Shown here piece after piece: positions 1 to 9,638 of a stretch of DNA of 46,582 nucleotides. Origin of the DNA: an uncultured Paludibacter sp. (lineage in GTDB: Bacteria; Bacteroidota; Bacteroidia; Bacteroidales; Paludibacteraceae). The notes beneath the pieces are model-generated. The model had not been told where the DNA came from, did no database searches, and worked only from the letters and a program-made list of their open reading frames with translations. Position numbers and translations under genes: made by a program. The number at the start of each line of letters is the position of its first letter. Within the stretch, counting starts at the first letter, position 1. Location: contig CAYXQZ010000003.1 of assembly GCA_964466415.1 (NCBI GenBank), forward strand, positions 1-46,582, in the 5' to 3' direction.

Positions 1-267
1 TTTACAAATGCAGGGCCATATTTCATTTTGAAATCGATAAATGTAGGAAGTTATGGCACCACAGATGTAAATAATGCAAAAGACAACAGTAGCGTATTTG
101 TGTCGAATGGCGAATTACATGTTTCTGGAGCTAATACTTATAGTGTGTATACAGTACAAGGGTTGGAACTGGCAAAAGACCTGTCGGCCAACAATCCTAT
201 TGCACTTCGTAAAGGTATTTATTTAGTAAAAACTACAGGTAATGCACATAAGGTAATTGTCAATTAA
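1..267 (+). CDS. C-terminal part of a T9SS-secreted protein (5' end outside window), paralog of 438..1709
   Basis: Frame 1 is open from base 1 (FTNAGPYFILKS...), matching YLSEGPYFLLKS in the next gene. It ends in a T9SS CTD-like tail (VYTVQG...LRKGIYLVK...KVIVN). Confidence 0.8.
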   Translation, partial: FTNAGPYFILKSINVGSYGTTDVNNAKDNSSVFVSNGELHVSGANTYSVYTVQGLELAKDLSANNPIALRKGIYLVKTTGNAHKVIVN

Positions 268-366
268 TAATTTAGCAATGTTTTGATTGGAAATCATTTA
301 AAATCAAAACTAATGTTACGTTATATTTGAATTGTCAATTTATTCAAACACAGATAATAAGATTAA

Positions 367-402
367 ATAAAACATAGAATTTATTTAAATTCTATGTTTT
401 AT
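367..402. repeat. Perfect 17-bp inverted repeat (intergenic hairpin or operator)
   Basis: ATAAAACATAGAATTTA-tt-TAAATTCTATGTTTTAT. Confidence 0.8.
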
Positions 403-437
403 AATTCAATAATACAAATCATCTAAAATCAAATAAT

Positions 438-1709
438 ATGAAATCACCTAAAATTATTACTCTCTTAGTTGCTTCTTGCTGTTCATTAGGCATTATGGCT
501 CAAACCATCAACTACGAAGCCAATGGTGCTTATGTGGGGAGTGATGTGCCTTCTATAAATATCGACTTTACTACAACCAAAATAACAGATGTTCCAACAG
601 AACAAGATGCCATACAAGAAATTCAACTGGCAGGACTTGTTCGTTATAAAACTGTAAGTAGACCTTATCCAACAGGAGGTCCTACTACAAATTGCTTGAT
701 AACTACCACCACTTCGGGTTATGGACTTTTTAGTACCATATATCTTCCAACTTTAGCCAATGGTGCGGGTACAATAAATATTAATGCACTTCGCGTTGTG
801 CTTACAGACATTAAAGCGAATACATTATTTATCGATTATTCCTTGAACGATGGTTTGACTTGGACTACATATATTGCACTCACCGTTACCGGAGCTACAA
901 CTCCTCCTTTAATCAATTTAGGAATACCCGGAAGAGTACAGCTTAGAATTAGATACAATAATGCGGGTGGATATTTTATGTTTAAATCAGTAGCCGTAAC
1001 TGCTTTCACTCCAACTTTTAATACACAGGGAACTTATATAGGTACGCCCGTAGCATCATTCATCAAGGATTTCAGTCAAATGAGTCCTCAAACACTTCCT
1101 GCATCATTAAATAAAATTACCGAAATTTTAGGTGTAGGTGTGGAATCAATGAATATTGGATTGCGGGAATATCCAAAGGGGGGTACCGCAATTGGTGTGC
1201 TTCAAAATACTGCAATTGGGTCAACAAGTTTTATATATCTGCCTGCATTAACTTATGGCGTAGGTGTGTTCAATATTGCTGCTGTTATGATGGATGGAAT
1301 TGCTGTTTCTAAAACATTATTTGTGGAGTCAACTATTAATAACGGCCTCACTTGGACACAAGTTGCCAATCCAGAAGTAGCCGGCTCTAATCCTCCTGCA
1401 GCTGTAAATGTGAATATCTCGGGTGCAGTTCAGCTTCGAATCAGATATCTAAGTGAAGGTCCGTATTTTTTATTGAAATCAATGTCATTCACTCCAACAA
1501 CTACATCGGTTAAAGAAATTGAAGAATACAAAGGTATTTATATTTCAAATGGAGTATTGATAGTACCAGAAGCTAATAATTATACAGTTTTTAGTCTTCA
1601 AGGAGTGCAAATAGCAAAAGCTATTTCAAGTGCCGACCGTATAGTGCTTCGCCCAGGTATCTACTTGGTTATGGCGAATGGTAAAACTCAGAAAGTAGTA
1701 GTCAGATAG
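438..1709 (+). CDS. Secreted protein with two tandem ~165-aa uncharacterised domains and a T9SS C-terminal domain
   Basis: Signal peptide (..IMA-Q). Duplicated motifs: R(P/E)YPxGG, IYLPxL, N(D/N)GLTWT, VQLRIRY, YFxxKS. CTD tail LRPGIYLV...KVVVR. Confidence 0.8.
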   Translation: MKSPKIITLLVASCCSLGIMAQTINYEANGAYVGSDVPSINIDFTTTKITDVPTEQDAIQEIQLAGLVRYKTVSRPYPTGGPTTNCLITTTTSGYGLFSTIYLPTLANGAGTININALRVVLTDIKANTLFIDYSLNDGLTWTTYIALTVTGATTPPLINLGIPGRVQLRIRYNNAGGYFMFKSVAVTAFTPTFNTQGTYIGTPVASFIKDFSQMSPQTLPASLNKITEILGVGVESMNIGLREYPKGGTAIGVLQNTAIGSTSFIYLPALTYGVGVFNIAAVMMDGIAVSKTLFVESTINNGLTWTQVANPEVAGSNPPAAVNVNISGAVQLRIRYLSEGPYFLLKSMSFTPTTTSVKEIEEYKGIYISNGVLIVPEANNYTVFSLQGVQIAKAISSADRIVLRPGIYLVMANGKTQKVVVR

Positions 1710-1747
1710 TTTCAATTTCAGTTTATTACTTAACCTCAACACTACAA

Positions 1748-1785
1748 CTGCTAATAAGGCTCTTTTACGAGACTTCTTTTAGCAG
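1748..1785 (+). terminator. Imperfect stem-loop after the T9SS gene (terminator or mRNA-stability hairpin)
   Basis: CTGCTAA...TTAGCAG arms with a partly paired interior. Confidence 0.4.
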
Positions 1786-1888
1786 AAATAGCTCACGATC
1801 TTTCCTGATAAGTATTGAAACAATTTATTCATCTGCACTCACAATTTCACTTGTCAAAAGAGGAAATTTAAATTATTTTATCAAATTT

Positions 1889-4800
1889 ATGAAAAAAATA
1901 AAAAATATACAAAATCATTCATTGAAGCAGGTATTCAAATCACTCGGGACGATGAAAGTACTGCTTGCTTTTATAATGATTTACACGATGCAAGTAGCTA
2001 CAGGAATGAACCTACTATATGCGCAGAACGATGTTATTACTGGGATAGTAAAAGATTCAAAGGGAGAACCTGTAATAGGTGTTAGTATAATGGCAAAAGG
2101 CAGTTCAAAAGGCACTGTAACAGATATTAACGGGAAATTCAGCTTGTCGGTTACTTCAACAATTAAATCGCTCGTATTCTCTTTTATTGGGATGAAAAAG
2201 CAAGAAATAGTTTTAGCTGGAAAAACCTCCCTTAATATCGTTTTGGAAGATGACGCCAATCTATTGGATGAAGTAGTAGCTGTGGGTTATGGTTCTCAAA
2301 AACGTTCTGATTTAACGGGTTCGTTAGTGAGTATAAATGTAAAGGACATGAGTAAAGCATCGGTAGGAAACTTTACCGACATGTTAAGTGGTAGAGCTGC
2401 CGGAGTGGTTGTTTCTTCGCCCGATGGACAACCGGGATCATTGCCCAATATTGTCATTCGTGGTGCCAATTCCATTACGCAGAGCAATAGTCCTTTGTGG
2501 GTGGTGGATGGATTCCCGTTGGAAACTGCCGATAATTCGATAAATCCTAATGATATTGAAAGTATGGAAGTTCTCAAAGATGCTTCAGCCACTGCAATCT
2601 ATGGAGCTCGTGGTGCCAATGGAGTAATCATTATTACCACCAAAAAGGGGCAAATTGGTGCACCTGTTGTTTCTATAAATGCATATTATGGAGATCAACG
2701 GATATTAAAAACGATGAGCTTATTGTCCAGTACCGAGTATCTTCAATATCAACTTGACAGGGACATATTATCGAATAATTATACTACAATACCTGGTTCC
2801 AGTGCACTTTCAACAATAACCTATACAGCTAGTGAATATTTTAAATACGCCACTCTCGAAGATTACTCGAATCAGAAATCGGTTGATTTTCAAAATCTAA
2901 TGTGGAAACCTGCCGGCTTGCAAAATTACGACATGAGTATTTCGGGTGGGACCGACAAAACTAGCTATTTGATTTCGGGTAATTTTTTCGATCAAAAAGG
3001 TATAACAATAGCTACGGGTTATTCACGCTATCAGGGTCGGATTAAATTAGATCAGATAGTAAATGCCAAACTTAAAATTGGGGTAAATGCAATGTCAGCT
3101 CAAAACAAAGTGTATGGTAATTCACCCATGCCTGCTCAGGTAAGTGGATATTATAGCTCAACGAGTGCCCCTTTTTCCGGAATTTGGGGCTACCGTCCGG
3201 TTACACCGCTCGATGCCAATGGAAACCAAGTAATGAACCTTGAGTCAGAATTTACGGACCCATCGGTAGTATTTGATGGTGCAGATGTGGCGCAACGAAA
3301 TTTAATAAATCCTATTATTAATCAAAAACATACACTTAACGAGTCAATTAAAAACACCTTAAACGTGAATGTATATGCTGAATATAAGTTAAGTAAAGAT
3401 TTACTGCTAAGAGTTACAGGAGGCATTAACAATTCCGTCAATAAAAACAATCGTTTTTTCGATGAATATACCTCACAAGGAAATCCTAAAACAGGAAATG
3501 GTTCAATAAATGGGGTAAATGGTTCTATCATTGTTTATGATAGTAAAAATTGGTCTAACGAGAACATACTTACTTATAAAAAGAAATTCAATAATAAACA
3601 CAACCTAATACTTACAGCCGTATTAAGCGAAAATGGAGATTCATATTCAACGTACGGGGCATCAGCAATTCAACTGCCCAATACCAGCTTAGGGCTTAAT
3701 GGATTGGATGAAGGCACTCCAAAACAAGTAACTTCTTCTTTTTCGGAATCCACTATGGCATCCGTGTTGGGGCGTGTCAATTATGATTATTCCAATTTGT
3801 ATTACTTCACTTTTTCCCATAGATTGGATGCATCCTCCAAATTCAGTAAAGAGAATCGTTGGGCCGGATTTTCATCGGGCTCAGTAAAATGGAGGGCTAC
3901 CAATGAAAAATGGTTGAAAGATAAGATTGATTGGTTGTCTGATTTGAGCGTTCGTTTTAGTTTGGGTCAAACCGGAAATAATCGAATTGATGGATACTCC
4001 ACCTTTAGTACCATAACTACAGGACTAACGCAAGCACCTTTCGTTAACGGAAATTCAATTCCAATCAGCGCCATACCATCAAGTATTGGAAATACAAATT
4101 TAAAGTGGGAAACAACTACACAATCAAACTTAGGGGTTGATTTATCATTTCTTAAAGGACGCATCAGTTTCACCGCCGATATTTATCAAAAAAACACAAC
4201 AGATTTGCTGTTAAATGCACAACTCCCACCATTTATTGGATATGGATACGCATATAAAAACATTGGGAGTTTACGCAATCAAGGGCTTGAACTTACAATT
4301 AATACAGATAATATTCGGACTAAAAAATTTAGCTGGACTTCAAGTTTCAACATCTCATTTAACCAAAGTAAGGTATTGGCTTTGTCCGAAAATCAGGAAA
4401 CGTTGTTATCTGTTACAAGATGGGATGCCCAGTATTTTTCTTCCCCTTCGTATGCTTCCAAAATTGGTCAGCCACTCGGTCAGATGTATGGATTGGTGTG
4501 GGATGGAAATTATGGATATGACGATTTTTATCAATCGACAGCATTGAATCCTGCTGCTGCTAATGTAGGTCGTGGCAGCCATTGGGTACTTAAAGATAAT
4601 GTACCCACTAATGGTACAGCTAGAGGAGCTATTCAGCCCGGAGATATAAAATTTAAAGACTTAAATGGAGATGGAATTATTAATCAGGACGATAATACCA
4701 TTATTGGTAGGGGAACTCCAATTCATACAGGTGGATTTGGAAACAATTTCACCTACAATGGTTTTGATTTGAGCCTATTTTTTCAATGGAGTTATGGAAA

Positions 4801-5218
4801 TGATATTCAAAATGTGAATAGGATGGTTTTTGAGGGAAATGTGAATAATTCTTCAAACTTCAATCAATTTTCAAGTTATTTGGATCGCTGGTCTTCAGAG
4901 AATACAAATAGTAAAAATTTTAGAGTAGGCGGACAAGGACCCTCCGGATACTACTCAAGCCGAACCATTGAAGATGGATCCTATATTCGTTTCAAAACCC
5001 TATCTTTTGGATATAATATATCAGAGCAATTGCTAAAAAAAGTGAAAATAAAATCCGTTAGAGTATATGTGTCAGGTCAAAACTTATTTACATGGACTAA
5101 ATACGCAGGAATGGATCCAGAAGTGAGCACCTACAACAGTGTATTAACACCTGGTTTAGACTGGAGTGGTTACCCTAAAGCACTGTCAATTACAGGCGGA
5201 GTGAATTTGAAATTTTAA
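1889..5218 (+). CDS. susC: SusC/RagA family TonB-dependent transporter
   Basis: CarboxypepD_reg-like N-terminus, LDEVVAVGYG, plug signature DIESMEVLKDASATAIYGARGANGVIIITTK, NLKWETT, C-terminal Phe. Confidence 0.97.
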   Translation: MKKIKNIQNHSLKQVFKSLGTMKVLLAFIMIYTMQVATGMNLLYAQNDVITGIVKDSKGEPVIGVSIMAKGSSKGTVTDINGKFSLSVTSTIKSLVFSFIGMKKQEIVLAGKTSLNIVLEDDANLLDEVVAVGYGSQKRSDLTGSLVSINVKDMSKASVGNFTDMLSGRAAGVVVSSPDGQPGSLPNIVIRGANSITQSNSPLWVVDGFPLETADNSINPNDIESMEVLKDASATAIYGARGANGVIIITTKKGQIGAPVVSINAYYGDQRILKTMSLLSSTEYLQYQLDRDILSNNYTTIPGSSALSTITYTASEYFKYATLEDYSNQKSVDFQNLMWKPAGLQNYDMSISGGTDKTSYLISGNFFDQKGITIATGYSRYQGRIKLDQIVNAKLKIGVNAMSAQNKVYGNSPMPAQVSGYYSSTSAPFSGIWGYRPVTPLDANGNQVMNLESEFTDPSVVFDGADVAQRNLINPIINQKHTLNESIKNTLNVNVYAEYKLSKDLLLRVTGGINNSVNKNNRFFDEYTSQGNPKTGNGSINGVNGSIIVYDSKNWSNENILTYKKKFNNKHNLILTAVLSENGDSYSTYGASAIQLPNTSLGLNGLDEGTPKQVTSSFSESTMASVLGRVNYDYSNLYYFTFSHRLDASSKFSKENRWAGFSSGSVKWRATNEKWLKDKIDWLSDLSVRFSLGQTGNNRIDGYSTFSTITTGLTQAPFVNGNSIPISAIPSSIGNTNLKWETTTQSNLGVDLSFLKGRISFTADIYQKNTTDLLLNAQLPPFIGYGYAYKNIGSLRNQGLELTINTDNIRTKKFSWTSSFNISFNQSKVLALSENQETLLSVTRWDAQYFSSPSYASKIGQPLGQMYGLVWDGNYGYDDFYQSTALNPAAANVGRGSHWVLKDNVPTNGTARGAIQPGDIKFKDLNGDGIINQDDNTIIGRGTPIHTGGFGNNFTYNGFDLSLFFQWSYGNDIQNVNRMVFEGNVNNSSNFNQFSSYLDRWSSENTNSKNFRVGGQGPSGYYSSRTIEDGSYIRFKTLSFGYNISEQLLKKVKIKSVRVYVSGQNLFTWTKYAGMDPEVSTYNSVLTPGLDWSGYPKALSITGGVNLKF

Positions 5219-5243
5219 AAGTAATTTTAACACAATAATAAGA

Positions 5244-6998
5244 ATGAAAACATATATTTCATTAAAAAATAAAACCTTTTGGTCAAGAAATACAACCGTT
5301 CTATTTGCAACGATTGTTGCTGGGCTTTTCTTTTTAAACAGCTGCGATAGCTTTCTGGATATACAGCCAAAAGATTCGGTAGAACCCGAAAATTATTACA
5401 AAACGGAAGCCGATTTAACGGCAGCTATTTATGGTATTTACAATCCGTTAAGCTCTCAAACCACCTATGGCGAATTACTATCAATTCAAGCAATTGGAAT
5501 GGACGATAATGGATATATGTGCTTCACAACAGTTAGCCCATCTAATTCGGTGGCAGTAAATACACAAGATATTACGAATGACAAAATTGGTAATTTCTGG
5601 CGAGATTGTTATGTTGGGATTGAACGGGCCAATTTATTGATTGCCAATATCGACAATGCTAAAGTGAATGTAGTGGACAGTGTAAGAGCATCCTATTTGG
5701 CCGAGGCGAAATTTATGAGGGGATATTATCATTTTCTTCTGGTTCAGTATTTTGGTGGTGTACCTATAAAGATTTCACCTTCAGCCGATGTTACAAATAC
5801 AGCTGTGCCGCGCAATACCATAAAGGATGTGTATGACCAGATATTGAAGGACATGACAGAGGCTGAGGTTTATTTAAGTTCCATTAAGTCTGCTAAATAC
5901 AATGGTGGTAATAGTCGCATTTCAAAAACAGCTGCCCAAGGTATTCTGGCTCGTGTTTGCCTCTACATGGCGGGTGAGCCTTTGAAAGAAACAACCAGAT
6001 ATAATGATGCCTTAGTTTGGGCGGAAAAAGTACAAGCTTCAAATATTCATTCATTATTGACTAATGCAGATACGCTCAACGTGTTTAATCAAAGAGGTTT
6101 ACCAATTTACTATAAAGCCAATAATGGCAGTAAAGGCAATCCGGCATACAAAAATAATGGCTATGCACAACTTTTTGTGAATTATGCAACTAATATCTAT
6201 TCTGTCAAAGAATCGATGTGGGAGGTGGATTTCTTTATTGAATCAGCAGCCTTAAGCATTTCGGGAAAATTAGGTGCACAAATAGGAATAAGCAATAGTG
6301 GCAACGATCCTGTCTATGGTTCTACATCCAGTACTGTAAATGCCCAGCAATATTTATATAAAAAATATGGTGAAGGTGATTTGAGAAGGGACTGGGCGGT
6401 TGCCCCTTATTGGCTTACCGGAAATTCACAGGCTACTGCAAGTAGGTCATTTTTCAGTATTTCTGATGCCTTGGCAAGTCGGCCTGTGGGTAAATGGCGT
6501 CGGGAATACGAGGCTATGCCGGCAGGTTATACTATAAAACCCAGCTGGAATACAGATGTTGATTTTCCGTTATTGCGTTATTCGGATGTATTATTGATGC
6601 TGGCCGAAGCCGAGTTTAGTATTAATGGTTCAACGCCCAAAGCATTGGAAGCTATTAACCAGGTGCTGCGCAGGGGATACGGAAAAGATCCTTTTGTTGC
6701 TGACCCTACAATTGATTTTGCAACGCTGACTTTGGCTGACATACAAGACGAAAGACAACGCGAACTATGTTTTGAAGGGAACAGAAAGGGTGATTTGATT
6801 CGTTGGGGAATATACTTGCAGAGAATAAAAGAAGTAATTCAGTACAATACAGTTAATTCACTCCCCTTAAGTCAAATTTCAAGGTCGAATCGAGGATTTG
6901 AAAATATAATAGCAGCAGGAAATAAATGTTTGCTATGGCCAATACCGGCTGCCGAAATGCTATTGAATAAATCAATGGTTCAGAATCCAAATTATTGA
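5244..6998 (+). CDS. susD: SusD/RagB family lipoprotein
   Basis: Lipobox NSC, AEAKFMRGYYHF, LRYSDVLLMLAEA, ERQRELCFEG.R..DLIRWG, ends QNPNY; follows SusC. Confidence 0.96.
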   Translation: MKTYISLKNKTFWSRNTTVLFATIVAGLFFLNSCDSFLDIQPKDSVEPENYYKTEADLTAAIYGIYNPLSSQTTYGELLSIQAIGMDDNGYMCFTTVSPSNSVAVNTQDITNDKIGNFWRDCYVGIERANLLIANIDNAKVNVVDSVRASYLAEAKFMRGYYHFLLVQYFGGVPIKISPSADVTNTAVPRNTIKDVYDQILKDMTEAEVYLSSIKSAKYNGGNSRISKTAAQGILARVCLYMAGEPLKETTRYNDALVWAEKVQASNIHSLLTNADTLNVFNQRGLPIYYKANNGSKGNPAYKNNGYAQLFVNYATNIYSVKESMWEVDFFIESAALSISGKLGAQIGISNSGNDPVYGSTSSTVNAQQYLYKKYGEGDLRRDWAVAPYWLTGNSQATASRSFFSISDALASRPVGKWRREYEAMPAGYTIKPSWNTDVDFPLLRYSDVLLMLAEAEFSINGSTPKALEAINQVLRRGYGKDPFVADPTIDFATLTLADIQDERQRELCFEGNRKGDLIRWGIYLQRIKEVIQYNTVNSLPLSQISRSNRGFENIIAAGNKCLLWPIPAAEMLLNKSMVQNPNY

Positions 6999-7022
6999 TA
7001 TTTAAACTTTAAATCAGTTAAT

Positions 7023-8144
7023 ATGATTACAATTAAAAAATATTTCATATATATTCTATCCATTTATGTTTTCGTATCCTGCAGCAATTCCTTAGAAGTG
7101 CAGGATGTTGATTTTGATGTTCAGGCATACAATAGCTCTGGAATTATATCTGACACATATAATGTCGGTGATACTATATTCTACCGTTTTACGGGCAACC
7201 CAGATGTTATAACCTATTATTCGGGTGAAAATGGCAGAATTTATGCTTTAAGGAATCAAATTTCAGCAAAACAGGATTCTGTGATTTTTAGTTATAAATC
7301 GCAACTGAATGTTGCAGGTACTGATGGAAATATGCAATTACTTATTTCTGATAATGTATCTTCTTATGTTCGCAAAAATGCAATTGATTCATTGCTTATT
7401 CCGGCCTCTACTTGGGCAGACGGAATACCTAACTATACGCAAAAAAATGCGATTGACTCCTTGGTTTTCCCTGCTGCTATTTGGACTGATATTTCCAATC
7501 GGGCTACATGGGCAAGCAGTAACCTGTTGGCAGGTTCGGGGAGCATAAATCTAAATGATTTTGCCGAAAAAAACAGACCGATTTGGTTGGCTTTTAAATA
7601 CACGGCTGCACCCTTTGTTACTCAAAAGAGATGGACAATTAGTGCTATCACATTAAATAATTATTCAAAATTTGGATTTAATACTATACTGACACCTGCC
7701 ATAGTTTTGCCAACATTATTCCCGGTAGCACTTCCTGTCGTTGTGAGTCAGGGATGGGGTACGATATGTAGCAAGGGGTCTATGGTTTTTGCACCGGATG
7801 TTTATACCGGCGGTAGCAATGGCTTTAGCAAAGCTTCCAGTTCTAAAACAGCTTCCTTTCAAGTATGGGGAAATAGGTCTACAACCGATACCCTTGGAGT
7901 TGAGAGTTGGATTATTTCTGGTCCTATTGATTTGTCGAGGGTTATACACAGTGTAGGTGTTCCAGTAAAAAACAAATCAGAAAATGCAATGATGGTTCAT
8001 AGAGGAGTGGTAGCATCCCTGAATGGAAATTACACTTATCAATTCAGAACTAAAGGAGTATATGAGGTTGTTTTCGAGGCCAGCAATAATTCAATCGAGG
8101 GTGTGAAAACAATCACGAAATCAATTATTTTGACAGTTAAATAA
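7023..8144 (+). CDS. DUF5017-like surface lipoprotein (SusE-positioned glycan-binding protein)
   Basis: Lipobox VSC, FTGNPDVITYYSGE, WTDIS, YTYQF..KGVYEVVFEASN; lies after SusD. Confidence 0.75.
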   Translation: MITIKKYFIYILSIYVFVSCSNSLEVQDVDFDVQAYNSSGIISDTYNVGDTIFYRFTGNPDVITYYSGENGRIYALRNQISAKQDSVIFSYKSQLNVAGTDGNMQLLISDNVSSYVRKNAIDSLLIPASTWADGIPNYTQKNAIDSLVFPAAIWTDISNRATWASSNLLAGSGSINLNDFAEKNRPIWLAFKYTAAPFVTQKRWTISAITLNNYSKFGFNTILTPAIVLPTLFPVALPVVVSQGWGTICSKGSMVFAPDVYTGGSNGFSKASSSKTASFQVWGNRSTTDTLGVESWIISGPIDLSRVIHSVGVPVKNKSENAMMVHRGVVASLNGNYTYQFRTKGVYEVVFEASNNSIEGVKTITKSIILTVK

Positions 8145-8288
8145 TAAGCTTTCAGCATTTCGTGTAGAAAGTTATCAAAGATATTTTAGTTAAATTATAT
8201 ATTAAATGCAGCATGTGCACTTTATCTCTTTTGATAGCTTTTTTAATTTTTTAGTTCGATTAAAATTATCATAAACAAAGGAAAAAAT

Positions 8289-9473
8289 ATGAAAAAGGTT
8301 TTTTTTATAGGGTTGAGCATGCTTTTTGTTTGTTGTGCTGCAGCGCAAAACAAGTCAGTCGTAGCCATGAAGCAATTGATTGATGAGAATTTTTTGTTTG
8401 CGCAAAAGCAATATAAGGTGCTGATGCTAAAAACACCTTTAGATTCTATGCCTAAAACTTTCGAAAAAGGTAAAAATATAAACAGCGATATTTATTGGTG
8501 GTGTAGCGGCTTTTACACAGGAACATTACTTTATATTTTTGAAGGAACCAAAGACAGCAACATGCTAAATGAAGCAAAAATACGTCTGAACCTTTTGGAT
8601 ACACTTAAAAATTTCACAGAAACACACGACTTGGGTTTTATGATGTTTTGCAGTTTTGGAAATGCCTATCGGCTCACAAAAAATCCATATTATAAAGAAG
8701 TAATTATTAAGTCTGCCAATTCATTAGCTACACGATACCGTCCTATAGCCAAAATTATCCAAAGCTGGCCTGCCAGTGTGAAATTTAATTGCCCAGTTAT
8801 CATCGACAATATGATGAATTTAGAGATGTTGGAATGGGCAGCTCAGAACGGTGGAACAAACATCCTGCATCAAATAGCCATCAATCATTCAAATACTACA
8901 TTGGCAAATCAATTCCGGAAGGATTACAGTTGTTATCATGTGGTGGATTATGATACAAAAACAGGTGCTGTAAATAAAAAAATGACAGCTCAGGGTTATG
9001 CCAACGAAAGCGCATGGGCACGCGGACAAAGCTGGGCTTTATATGGTTATATAACAATGTACAGGTTTACAAAAAATAACGTGTATTTGAAGCAAGCAAA
9101 ACAGGTGGCAGAATTTATTTTACATAATCATAATCTTCCTGATGATGGTGTTCCGTATTGGGATTTTGATGCACCTGATATTCCCAATGCTTTGAGAGAT
9201 GTATCTTCAGCAGCTATCAATGCCTCCGCTCTGCTGGAATTGGGGCAATATGTTGGAAGTAAAGACAGTAAACAATACATCGATTTTTCCGAAAAGGTAT
9301 TAAAATCGCTTTCGACAGATAAATATAGAGCGAAAATAGGCGAAAATGGTGGTTATTTACTCAAACATTGTGTAGGATCTATTCCTCACAAAGTTGAAAT
9401 AGATGTACCTTTGACCTATGCCGATTATTATTTTATGGAGGCCTTACTTCGCTATAAGCAGTGGTATTTATAA
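8289..9473 (+). CDS. GH88 unsaturated glucuronyl hydrolase
   Basis: WWCSGF, THDLGFM, VIIDNMMNLE, SAWARGQSW, YWDFDA, YADYYFMEAL motifs. Confidence 0.95.
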   Translation: MKKVFFIGLSMLFVCCAAAQNKSVVAMKQLIDENFLFAQKQYKVLMLKTPLDSMPKTFEKGKNINSDIYWWCSGFYTGTLLYIFEGTKDSNMLNEAKIRLNLLDTLKNFTETHDLGFMMFCSFGNAYRLTKNPYYKEVIIKSANSLATRYRPIAKIIQSWPASVKFNCPVIIDNMMNLEMLEWAAQNGGTNILHQIAINHSNTTLANQFRKDYSCYHVVDYDTKTGAVNKKMTAQGYANESAWARGQSWALYGYITMYRFTKNNVYLKQAKQVAEFILHNHNLPDDGVPYWDFDAPDIPNALRDVSSAAINASALLELGQYVGSKDSKQYIDFSEKVLKSLSTDKYRAKIGENGGYLLKHCVGSIPHKVEIDVPLTYADYYFMEALLRYKQWYL

Positions 9474-9638
9474 AATTATGTTTACTGAATAGTTGACTTA
9501 TCGAGACTGTGTAAAAATTTCGTATAATAACTTCAGTGTCAATGTCGTCTTGTAAAAAAGAAATTCAATGAAAAATTTTCAATCCGGTTTGCCGGATAAC
9601 AATGATAAAACAATTAAATCACACATAATTAATTCATT

